IMG/VR virus record: IMGVR_UViG_3300026097_001223
Location: 1 to 64,000 of that record
From: a virus
Reading direction: 5' to 3' (one strand)
DNA length: 64,000 bases
Shown: positions 1 to 8,355 of the stretch, piece after piece
Numbering within the stretch: position 1 is the first letter of the stretch
Layout: each line of letters begins with the position of its first letter
Program-made: the position numbers and the translations under genes
Notes under the pieces: model-generated
Database searches by the model: none
Told to the model about the DNA's origin: nothing
What the model saw: only the letters and a program-made list of their open reading frames with translations

Positions 1-10
1 TACATCAATC

Positions 11-180
11 TCTTGATACAAGATGGCTGGAATCACTCAGATGATGACAGACCGTTACTTGCCCGTAACAGGGCAAGTATGGCCAAAATATCTAGATGAT
101 AACTAAACTCTCGCTTCGCTTCGAGCTAACTATAAAAGAATTGATGAACGAAGTGAATCAATAGAACTACGAAGTAGTTC
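11..180. other. Structured non-coding region (hairpin cluster), truncated at window edge
   Basis: Perfect 9-bp stem TACTTGCCC/GGGCAAGTA (56-79). C-GAA-G triloop hairpins at 140-162 and 164-180. GCGAAGC on the minus strand at 113-119. Confidence 0.55.
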
Positions 181-513
181 TCAAACACGGTCTGGAAAGT
201 CTCTGTATAAGAAGTGTTGAATTGTTTCTACATCAACCAATTGATTAAATGCAACATGATCCTCTTCGATATTCTCCTCATTCTGAATGATTGCTGTCAT
301 AGCATCATCTAGTTGTTGCATGTTTTTGAAATCCATCATAATGTGCCACTCAGGCATATCCATACTACGAAAACCCAGCTTCATTCTGGTTAATCTATAG
401 CCTTCCATGCGATTCATAGCAACCATATGGTCCAAGAACTTTCGCATCTTTGTTGCAAAATCATGTGGGTCAACGTCTTCGTTGTGGTCTGCGTATACGT
501 GATAAATGTCCAT
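181..513 (-). CDS. DUF6614-like protein (small alpha/beta barrel-like)
   Basis: 110 aa. The pattern 'IYHVYAD..F..M..FLDH....RMEGYRLTRMKLGF...PEWHIMMDF..MQQLD.A' resembles DUF6614 proteins as I recall them. Confidence 0.55.
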   Translation of the reverse strand: MDIYHVYADHNEDVDPHDFATKMRKFLDHMVAMNRMEGYRLTRMKLGFRSMDMPEWHIMMDFKNMQQLDDAMTAIIQNEENIEEDHVAFNQLVDVETIQHFLYRDFPDRV

Positions 514-533
514 TGTGTTTCCTCTGTGATTTG

Positions 534-968
534 TTACTTGCGTGGTCCTAGTGTCTCGAACCCATCAAACTGTCGTTTGTATTCATCTGCACCGCCTAGA
601 TATAGATAGTGAAATCCTCTGGCTTTGTACAGTGCACATTCGTTTCTAAGACTGCGAAATCCAATTTCTAGATCTGGATTAGCATAGTTCCAAGCAAACT
701 GAACAGCTTCTGCATTGTGATTGTTGTATCTTCTGATTAGGCTAAATGCAACCATGTCACTGGAATCATAATAGGCTATTACGTCGTTGTTGGGATCTGT
801 GTATTCTTCAGGAAATATGGGCATTACACTTTTGAATTTTTTATACACACAATACTGATGATATATCTGTTCCAGTTGTTCCGGATCAGGCTGTTTAACT
901 ATGCCATACTCACTGGGACTCAACAATGAGTAATTGGTTTTTGCTAGATTTATTCTTGCATACTTCAT
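534..968 (-). CDS. GNAT-fold protein resembling the ATE_C domain of Arg/Leu aminoacyl-tRNA-protein transferases (Ate/Bpt)
   Basis: 144 aa. 'YYD..DMVAFSLI...AEAVQFAWNY..PDLEIGFRSLRNECALYKARGFHYLYLG...YK' parallels ATE_C 'LG.YSIL.QI..A...G..Y.YLGY....M.YK'. Confidence 0.55.
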   Translation of the reverse strand: MKYARINLAKTNYSLLSPSEYGIVKQPDPEQLEQIYHQYCVYKKFKSVMPIFPEEYTDPNNDVIAYYDSSDMVAFSLIRRYNNHNAEAVQFAWNYANPDLEIGFRSLRNECALYKARGFHYLYLGGADEYKRQFDGFETLGPRK

Positions 969-1483
969 GATTCAATATCAAGTTGCTCTGGTGCTTTTCT
1001 AAATCTAAAAAGATCTCGAAGATATTCCGGACTCCAGCCTTGATAGAATCCTTGCCTTGCTAGTACATGACTGGCTTGATTTAATTTGCTTAGTTGTTGT
1101 ACAAAAATCAATGCATACTGTCCTTGATTGACCACAATGCCCTGTATTTCTTCGAGGTCTTCTGGATGATCAGTGAGTGCAATGAGATCATGTGGTCCAA
1201 GGAAGGCGTCGTTTGCAACTGTGACTTCTTGATCAAAAGCCACTGGAGTGTACTGCTCGGGCGGGTATGCTATTACAATCACTTCCTTGCCTTCCAGGCC
1301 GCGATCCAATATGTGTTCGAGATCCTGTTGTACGTCTGTGCCTATGCGAATATCAAATGTGCTGTTTAATCTACTCTGTTGTGCAAAAGGGCACACACTG
1401 CGTCCGTTTAGTTCGTCTCGTGGCACTTCGACAACAGTGGTAATCCAGTTGATTATATCATTGGTTACAGTTTCAAGTTTCAT
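965..1483 (-). CDS. DUF1415-like protein
   Basis: 172 aa. 'IINWITTVVE...LNGRSVCPFA' resembles the DUF1415 N-terminal 'W....V.GLNLCPFA'. ATGA/TAATG translational coupling to both neighbours. Confidence 0.45.
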   Translation of the reverse strand: MKLETVTNDIINWITTVVEVPRDELNGRSVCPFAQQSRLNSTFDIRIGTDVQQDLEHILDRGLEGKEVIVIAYPPEQYTPVAFDQEVTVANDAFLGPHDLIALTDHPEDLEEIQGIVVNQGQYALIFVQQLSKLNQASHVLARQGFYQGWSPEYLRDLFRFRKAPEQLDIES

Positions 1484-1716
1484 TAGAAGTATGGTAGTCC
1501 TGATTTTTTGGTTGTTTCCATATGCTCTTTTACAATTTCATTGACAAGACGTCTTTCTGCGTCACCCAGTGTCATAGCTTGATCGTATGTTAGTCCGCCT
1601 CGCATGTGCCATGTTATCTGTAGAGCATTTTTTCTAATACCGTCTGCCTCTTTGTCCAGTTTCTCGACTAGTTTTTCAATGCCGTCAGAGTCCAGGGTTA
1701 AGAGGCGTCCGCGAAA
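1483..1716 (-). CDS. 51: gp51-like baseplate/tail assembly chaperone extension, start-less and probably reached by -1 frameshift from gp26
   Basis: Not in the ORF track. Minus-strand frame reads FRGRLLTLDSDGIEKLVEKLDKEADGIRKNALQITWHMRGGLTYDQAMTLGDAERRLVNEIVKEHMETTKKSGLPYF*. The stop overlaps the next ATG (TAATG). Confidence 0.7.
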   Translation of the reverse strand, partial: FRGRLLTLDSDGIEKLVEKLDKEADGIRKNALQITWHMRGGLTYDQAMTLGDAERRLVNEIVKEHMETTKKSGLPYF

Positions 1717-2534
1717 AAATTTGCCATGTCCATTGTGAAAGGTTGTTCATAGGTGTTGTTGCAATCAGCACAGGTGATTGTCAACGGTTTAAGCTGACTG
1801 TGTTCTCTGATTTTTACCAGCAGTTCATTGATGGCTGTATAGGTCTTTCTGTCTGTGTTTTGCAACCACTCCAGTATCTGATTGGTATCACTCACAGTAA
1901 ACTCTGTGGTACGAATAGCTTCGATGCTCTGTGCAATTGTTACCATGGTGTTTGCTGTGATCTTTTTCAGTGCCACACCCAGTTGACTGTATTTTTCTTC
2001 ATCGGGCATTTCACTGTTGTCTAGCACACTGAGCATTTTTTGTTGTTCGAACTGTGACACATTGTTTCGGTTGATGTCCTTGTAGGTCAAGCTACAAAAC
2101 TTCAACTCAAGATCTCCTATGCGATATGTTTGATTGTAATCTGGTGCTTGCATGTCGTCTAGCACAGTGCGCAGATCAAGTGCATAGTTGTTCATTTCGT
2201 TGCACCCAGGGCACTGTGTTTCGAACTCCATGTCTGATCCATAGCTGGCAATGCGTATTGCAATCAGCACTGTGTCGAGGTCTGCTACAGGCATGGACCA
2301 TGGATCTTTGATACTAGGAATACAGCTTTTGATTACATCTACCACGGCACTGCCGTTAAACAGTGCATCAGGTGTTCTGTATGTGATTTCGTCAACCGCG
2401 GTCATTGGAAACACAGGCAGTTCGCCGGTTTCTGTGAGTTCAAGAGTGCCACTGGCATAGCCTACACCGTTGCTGGGCAACTTGATGTGAATAGCAGGCT
2501 GTCGAAAATACTGAGTTAAAGGGTTATTGTTCAT
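1698..2534 (-). CDS. 26: T4 gp26-like baseplate hub assembly / tail assembly chaperone
   Basis: 'IKLPSNG..Y...ELPVFPMTAVDE...L.NG.A...I..C..DLDTVLIAIRIASYG' plus CxxC motifs (CPGC, CADC). Ends ...NFFADAS. Confidence 0.8.
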   Translation of the reverse strand: MNNNPLTQYFRQPAIHIKLPSNGVGYASGTLELTETGELPVFPMTAVDEITYRTPDALFNGSAVVDVIKSCIPSIKDPWSMPVADLDTVLIAIRIASYGSDMEFETQCPGCNEMNNYALDLRTVLDDMQAPDYNQTYRIGDLELKFCSLTYKDINRNNVSQFEQQKMLSVLDNSEMPDEEKYSQLGVALKKITANTMVTIAQSIEAIRTTEFTVSDTNQILEWLQNTDRKTYTAINELLVKIREHSQLKPLTITCADCNNTYEQPFTMDMANFFADAS

Positions 2535-2580
2535 GGGTTTTACCTGTCGTAAATAATAGTATATTTAAGGCACCCAAAGC

Positions 2581-4884
2581 ATGGATGAACAAGAAATAAG
2601 ACGAGTATACGAGGAACTACTAGAAGCAATGCAAGAACAAGCTAGGCAGGAAAAACTGCTTGGCGCTAGTAGTATTGCGTTGAATAAATCTATCGCTGAC
2701 ATGAAACAAAAAGTCAGTGCAAGTGGTACAAGTTTAGGTGATCTTGAAAAAGCCAGTAAAGGTGCTGCTGAAGAAATAGAAAAAACCGCACGAGAACAAA
2801 AAGAATACAAAGAAAGACTAAAACAAAGCACTATAGCAGTTGGCAAGAATTTACAGAGCCTCGGTGGTAGCTTGGCAAAAAACGATGACAGTTTTGGACA
2901 GCTAAATGGCACTATTACAGCAGTGGGCGATGTATTTGCTGATCTAGTAAGTGGTATTCCTTTGCTCGGGAATACTTTGTCAGGCGCTACAAAGGCACTA
3001 GCAGGGGCTACTAATTTTGTTATTGAAAGATTAGACGATACTGCTAAAGCGTATACCCAACTGGGCAGTGTAGGTGCCACTGCCGGCGATGGTATTACAG
3101 GGCTTGTAAGACAGTTTGATCAACTGGGCAGTGTGAGTTTGCCTACATTTACGCAAGCTATAGCAGATAACAGCACTGGCTTGTCTGCATTTGGGGGTAC
3201 CACAGCAGGAGGTGCAGAACAACTCAGCAGATCTTTGGGCGAGTTAACCAACAGATCAGGTCCTTTTGGCAGAGAACTATTACGTCTCGGAGTTAGTTTA
3301 GACGAAGCAGCGGAAATTGGTACACAGTTTACAGCAACACAAAGTTTACTAGGAAGACGACAATTTAGAACCACTAGAGACGTCACTACAGCAACATTTG
3401 ATTATATCAAAGAACTTGATTTACTCAGCAGGATCACAGGTACCAGTAGAAAGGAAGCGCAAGCAGAGCAAAGAAAAACCCTTGCAGACGCTCGATTCCG
3501 TGCAAAATTAGAATCTTTGCGAGCACAAGGAAACAGTGATGCAGCTGATGCATTGGAAAGATTGGTTGAACAGACCGGTGGTCCTTTAGCTGACGCCATT
3601 AGAGCTTCTGCAACAGGTATTCCACTAACTGAAGAAGCGGCCAGGACAAATGTTTTACTTCAAGGCGGTTTACTCGATGTTGTTAAACAAATCGAAAATG
3701 GAGCCAGTGCTTCGGAAGCACTAGGCTTTATACTTGAAAGAAGTGCCAGCGGCGCAGAACAATTTAGAACATTGTTGCAGTTTGCAGGAGATCAACTTGG
3801 AGCAGCTGCTCCTCAAATACAAACTTTTGGCGCGATTCAACGTAGAGCCGCACAAGAGGGAATCTCCCCGTTAGAGGCAGTAAAAAAAGCACAAGAAGAA
3901 CTAGCAAAAGGCACAGATGGCACCACAGACAAGTTTGCTGATGCACAGCTGAATATTGCCGCAGCAAGCAGAGAAGTTCAAAGGTTAGGATTTGATTTTT
4001 TACCTGAAGCTACTATTGCTGTTAACATGTTTACAACAGCTCTGTCAGAAAGTGTCAAGAAAATACGGGAAGTGATAGGTAAAGGCGGCACAACCGACGA
4101 TGATCCTAGCATGGCAGATCTCTATCGTCAAGAGAGAGAAAAACATAGGAAAGCGCGAGAAGAATATCGGCAACAGCAATCCGCTGCACAATCTGCGTCT
4201 CAACCTGCACCAACACCTCAACCCACAACACAAACTGCTACACAACCTGCGTCAGCAGCACCTGTAATGCAGCAAATCACAGCCGATACACTAAATCAAA
4301 AATTACAAGATCTAGTGAATATAATGGGTCAAAGCACAGTAAATCAAGCACAGTTAACAGCAGCACAGCAATCAATGACATCAGCTCTAGGTGATTACAC
4401 TGCAAGTAGACCTGGTGAATCAGTGCAGTCAGTGGACGATATAATGCGGAACCTAAAGGCAGCTAGATCGCAAACACAAGCGTCAGGGTTGGGTATGTCA
4501 CCAGAAAATCTCAAACTGGTACTCGGAAGTGGATCACTGCCTACATTTGCCACTGGTGGCATTACAGCAGGACCAAGCTTGGCAGGCGAAGCTGGGCCAG
4601 AAGCAGTGGTTCCACTGCCTGATGGAAGAAGTATTCCAATACAGATGCCAGACTATTCCGGCACACTAAGCGCAGAGTTCAGCAACAGTACCGGAGCTAT
4701 GATGGACAGATTTGAAAAAACCACTCAGCAGATGATGAACAGCTTTAAACAGGATGCCAATTCTGAAAACAAAGAGCAACTTGCTAGACTAGATGCAAGT
4801 GTAACTAATTTGCAACAACTAGTTACATTGATGAAAGACCAAAATTCCGCCACAAACAAGTTGTTACAAGTGAGCCGTAATTAA
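2581..4884 (+). CDS. Tape-measure-like protein
   Basis: 767 aa, Ala/Gly/Gln-rich and helical. C-terminal 'FATGGITAGPSLAGEAGPEAVVPL' motif typical of tape measures. Divergent from the gp26 chaperone. Confidence 0.65.
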   Translation: MDEQEIRRVYEELLEAMQEQARQEKLLGASSIALNKSIADMKQKVSASGTSLGDLEKASKGAAEEIEKTAREQKEYKERLKQSTIAVGKNLQSLGGSLAKNDDSFGQLNGTITAVGDVFADLVSGIPLLGNTLSGATKALAGATNFVIERLDDTAKAYTQLGSVGATAGDGITGLVRQFDQLGSVSLPTFTQAIADNSTGLSAFGGTTAGGAEQLSRSLGELTNRSGPFGRELLRLGVSLDEAAEIGTQFTATQSLLGRRQFRTTRDVTTATFDYIKELDLLSRITGTSRKEAQAEQRKTLADARFRAKLESLRAQGNSDAADALERLVEQTGGPLADAIRASATGIPLTEEAARTNVLLQGGLLDVVKQIENGASASEALGFILERSASGAEQFRTLLQFAGDQLGAAAPQIQTFGAIQRRAAQEGISPLEAVKKAQEELAKGTDGTTDKFADAQLNIAAASREVQRLGFDFLPEATIAVNMFTTALSESVKKIREVIGKGGTTDDDPSMADLYRQEREKHRKAREEYRQQQSAAQSASQPAPTPQPTTQTATQPASAAPVMQQITADTLNQKLQDLVNIMGQSTVNQAQLTAAQQSMTSALGDYTASRPGESVQSVDDIMRNLKAARSQTQASGLGMSPENLKLVLGSGSLPTFATGGITAGPSLAGEAGPEAVVPLPDGRSIPIQMPDYSGTLSAEFSNSTGAMMDRFEKTTQQMMNSFKQDANSENKEQLARLDASVTNLQQLVTLMKDQNSATNKLLQVSRN

Positions 4885-4898
4885 CGGTAAATACTTCT

Positions 4899-6617
4899 AT
4901 GTCATGGAAAAAGTATTTCAAAGTAGCCTCAGGACAACTAAGTCCAATAGCAGGCACAAACTATCGTGGACCCAGTTACGGCAACGGCTACGGCACTGAA
5001 CCCGGCGGGCAATTTGGTTTTAGAAACTATCAAAGCATGTTGCCAGAAGTGTACACTGGACATCCAAATCGTGTTGAAAGATACAATCAATACGAAAACA
5101 TGGATGCAGACAGTGAAATCAATGCATGCTTGGATATCCTAGCTGAATTTAGCACACAGGAAAATGAACAAAATGCCACGCCTTTTGAAATACAATACAA
5201 CGATCAACCCACAGATCACGAAGTAGAAATTTTAAAAACACAGCTACAGCAGTGGTGCAAGCTCAACGAACTAGACAAGCGTATTTTTAAAGTGTTTAGA
5301 AACACTATCAAATACGGTGATCAGGTGTTTGTGAGAGATCCAGAAAATTTCAAAATGTACTGGGTTGACATGACCAAGGTTACCAAGGTAATTGTAAACG
5401 AAAGTGACGGCAAACGTCCTGAACAGTATGTGATACGAGATATCAATCCAAACTTTCAAAACCTCACAGTGGCAGCCAAGACCAGCAGTGATTACGCTAT
5501 AAACCCTCCTAGTGCTAGTTATACTGCGCCTAACAATTATACCGTGCCTGATCAAAATCAGTCTGGAGGCATGAGCAGATTCACACATGCACAGAATGAA
5601 ACTGTTATTGATGCACAGCACGTGGTGCATCTCAGCCTCAGTGAAGGACTGGATCACTACTGGCCGTTTGGGCAGAGTGTACTGGAAAACATTTTTAAGG
5701 TGTTTAAACAGAAAGAACTGCTAGAAGATGCAATCCTTATCTATCGTGTGCAACGTGCTCCAGAACGCAGAGTGTTTAAAATTGACACAGGAAACATGCC
5801 CAGTCATCTTGCCATGCAGTTTGTTGAGCGTGTAAAAAACGAAATTCATCAACGCAGAATTCCCAGCAAAACCGGCGGCAGTGCCAATGTAATGGACAGC
5901 AGCTATAATCCGTTGAGTATCAATGAAGACTACTTCTTCCCGCAAACAGCTGATGGCAGAGGCAGTTCAGTTGAAGTATTGCCAGGCGGGCAGAACCTAG
6001 GCGAAATTGACGATCTGCGCTATTTTAACAACAAGATGATGCGCGGACTGCGAGTGCCCAGCAGTTATCTACCTACAGGCCCAGAAGACAGCGAGCGAGC
6101 AGTTCAAGACGGTAGAGTGGGCACTGCACTGATTCAAGAGTACAGATTCAATCAATACTGCGAACGTATGCAACGTCAAATTGTGCAAAAACTGGATGAC
6201 GAATTCAAAATGTTTTTGGCCTGGCGCGGGTTCAATATTGACAGCAGTATTTTTGACATCAAGTTCAATCCACCACAGAATTTTGCCAGCTATAGACAAA
6301 GTGAATTAGACACCGCACAAATAAGTTCGTTTACACAGCTAGAACCAGTGCCTTATATGAGCAAGAGATTCTTAATGAAAAGATATCTTGGTCTCACTGA
6401 AGAAGAAGTTGTTGAAAATGAAAAACTCTGGGCTGAAGAAAATGCTCAAGCAGAGCTTGAAAAAACACAAGGCCAAGACATGCGCAGTATTGGTGTAAGT
6501 GCAGGTGATATTCAAACAGACCTTGACACAGCCGCTGATCTTGAAGGCGAGCTAGAAGGCGGTGATGAACTGGGTGCTGATATTGCTGCTGACCAAGCAG
6601 AAGCGCCACCGGAATAA
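4899..6617 (+). CDS. 20: Portal protein (T4 gp20 family)
   Basis: 'LLEDAILIYRVQRAPERRVFKIDTGNMP...EDYFFPQ..GRGSSVEVLPGGQNLGEIDDLRYF' are gp20 signatures. Confidence 0.97.
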   Translation: MSWKKYFKVASGQLSPIAGTNYRGPSYGNGYGTEPGGQFGFRNYQSMLPEVYTGHPNRVERYNQYENMDADSEINACLDILAEFSTQENEQNATPFEIQYNDQPTDHEVEILKTQLQQWCKLNELDKRIFKVFRNTIKYGDQVFVRDPENFKMYWVDMTKVTKVIVNESDGKRPEQYVIRDINPNFQNLTVAAKTSSDYAINPPSASYTAPNNYTVPDQNQSGGMSRFTHAQNETVIDAQHVVHLSLSEGLDHYWPFGQSVLENIFKVFKQKELLEDAILIYRVQRAPERRVFKIDTGNMPSHLAMQFVERVKNEIHQRRIPSKTGGSANVMDSSYNPLSINEDYFFPQTADGRGSSVEVLPGGQNLGEIDDLRYFNNKMMRGLRVPSSYLPTGPEDSERAVQDGRVGTALIQEYRFNQYCERMQRQIVQKLDDEFKMFLAWRGFNIDSSIFDIKFNPPQNFASYRQSELDTAQISSFTQLEPVPYMSKRFLMKRYLGLTEEEVVENEKLWAEENAQAELEKTQGQDMRSIGVSAGDIQTDLDTAADLEGELEGGDELGADIAADQAEAPPE

Positions 6618-6628
6618 TAAATAACAAT

Positions 6629-6853
6629 ATGCAACTACGAGAATTTGTTGAAAAAGAACCTGAAGCTTATCAGGACCTCGAAGCCGATAACACTCAGCTT
6701 CAAAAAGGTGACCTGCGTAAGAGCAAACTAACTCTGCGACAGCTGAATAAACTTCGTAGAATGAACGATCTACGAAAATACGAATACAATCAAAAACTAG
6801 AAAAAATTCAAAAACAATACGGCAGTTCTGCGGATAGCACACCAGAATTATAA
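6629..6853 (+). CDS. Small head-module protein (prohead-core position)
   Basis: 74 aa between portal and core genes. N-terminus MQLREFVE resembles a capsid-targeting peptide. Confidence 0.6.
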   Translation: MQLREFVEKEPEAYQDLEADNTQLQKGDLRKSKLTLRQLNKLRRMNDLRKYEYNQKLEKIQKQYGSSADSTPEL

Positions 6854-6948
6854 TAATATTTGCCGTTTTCTATCAAAAATCTAGGCTAAACGCCCTGGAT
6901 ATCCTTCTATTACGTAAATATTACTGAGCTACAAAGCGGAGGATTCCT

Positions 6949-7710
6949 ATGAGCAATTTTGAACAGTTGATTGAATATGTAATCAACGACGAACAAGAAA
7001 AAGCTCGCTCCCTATTTCATGACATAGTAGTAGAAAAAAGTCGCTCTATCTACGAAAATCTCATGGCAGAGGAAGAGAGCGATGAAGTCACTGAAGATGA
7101 AGTAGTCGAAGCTGAAGATACTGAAGAAGTAGACGAAGGTATCGAAGAAGCCGAACTTGGTGGCGATGCTGCCGATGATCTCATTGATGAAATCGAAGCC
7201 GAAGAAGAAGGTCTAAGTCTCGAAGACGAAGACACAGACGAAGTTGAGATGATCGACGATGCAGGCGAAGATGAAGAAGAACTAGAAGATCGTGTAGTTG
7301 ATCTAGAAGACAAACTAGACGAACTCATGGCAGAGTTTGAAGGATTAATGGACACTGTGGACACAGACGGTGACGGTGATCATGATATGAACGACCACGA
7401 AGAAGAAGCTGGCGAGCCAGAAGAAGAAGTTAACATTGACATGGAACTTGATGAGGCAGTAGACCTTAAAGCAGCTCCAAAGCCAACAACTTCTGAGCAA
7501 GGTGCTGACACAAAAAGTCCAGTAGCGTCAAACAGTGGTGCAAAAGGCATGGATGCAAAGCCAGTACATGCTAGCACAACTGACGAAAAAGGACGTTCAG
7601 CGCCATCTGCGCAGGATATGGGTGCTACTACAGAGCCTAACATGCAGGCAGCTCCTAAACCAGTTACAAGTGAACCTGGTGACGTAAACAAGAAGTCAGT
7701 GGAAAGCTAA
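6949..7710 (+). CDS. Highly acidic prohead core protein (gp67/gp68 position)
   Basis: E/D-rich, 253 aa, SD GGAGG, directly upstream of gp21. Contains LDE|A protease-type site. Confidence 0.7.
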   Translation: MSNFEQLIEYVINDEQEKARSLFHDIVVEKSRSIYENLMAEEESDEVTEDEVVEAEDTEEVDEGIEEAELGGDAADDLIDEIEAEEEGLSLEDEDTDEVEMIDDAGEDEEELEDRVVDLEDKLDELMAEFEGLMDTVDTDGDGDHDMNDHEEEAGEPEEEVNIDMELDEAVDLKAAPKPTTSEQGADTKSPVASNSGAKGMDAKPVHASTTDEKGRSAPSAQDMGATTEPNMQAAPKPVTSEPGDVNKKSVES

Positions 7711-7719
7711 GGATAGAAT

Positions 7720-8346
7720 ATGTCGCGCTATCTTAAAGAACATCTCACTTTCGATGCAGCTAGAATTGTTGTAGAAGGCAGCGAAAGTGGCAAGGATCTT
7801 TATATGAAAGGTATTTGCATCCAAGGCGGTGTAAGAAATGCCAACGAGCGTGTATATCCAATGAACGAAATTGAAAGTGCGGTAAAAACACTCAATGAGC
7901 AGATTGCTGAAGGCAATTCTGTGTTGGGCGAAGTGGATCATCCAGATGATCTCAAAATTAATCTTGACCGCGTAAGTCATATGATCACTGAAATGTGGAT
8001 GGACGGACCCAATGGATATGGTAAGATGAAAGTTTTACCTACACCAATGGGTACTCTTGTTAAAACAATGTTGGAAAGTGGGGTTAAACTCGGCGTATCC
8101 AGCAGAGGATCAGGAAACGTCAACGAAGCAAATGGTCATGTGAGCGATTTTGAAATCGTTACCGTTGACATTGTTGCGCAACCAAGTGCACCTAATGCTT
8201 ATCCTAGTGCAATTTATGAAGGATTGATGAACATGAATCATGGTCATAGAGTTCTTGAAATGGCACGCGAAAGCGGACAAAGTGCACAAGTTGAAAGACA
8301 CCTCAAAAAAGAAGTGTTAAGACTAATCAAAGAACTAAAGGTATAG
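7720..8346 (+). CDS. 21: Prohead protease (gp21)
   Basis: 'NANERVYP', 'LGEVDHP', 'NLDRVSH', 'GVSSRGSG', 'D.VAQPSAPNA'. Confidence 0.97.
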   Translation: MSRYLKEHLTFDAARIVVEGSESGKDLYMKGICIQGGVRNANERVYPMNEIESAVKTLNEQIAEGNSVLGEVDHPDDLKINLDRVSHMITEMWMDGPNGYGKMKVLPTPMGTLVKTMLESGVKLGVSSRGSGNVNEANGHVSDFEIVTVDIVAQPSAPNAYPSAIYEGLMNMNHGHRVLEMARESGQSAQVERHLKKEVLRLIKELKV

Positions 8347-8355
8347 GAGAATCTC

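Noticed and set aside
41-47. ATGATGA box C-like motif suggesting a C/D or tigRNA guide
   Set aside because: Single occurrence, no matching box D spacing, and no array periodicity.
1-99. Open plus-strand frame YINLLIQDG...KISR*
   Set aside because: Only 32 codons with no recognisable motif, overlapping strong hairpins. It cannot be supported as a CDS without upstream sequence.
7050-7691. Ser-rich antisense ORFs opposite the acidic core gene, and similar ones opposite gp22 and the 38822 gene
   Set aside because: GAA/GAT codons read as TTC/ATC/TCx on the other strand; these are artefacts.
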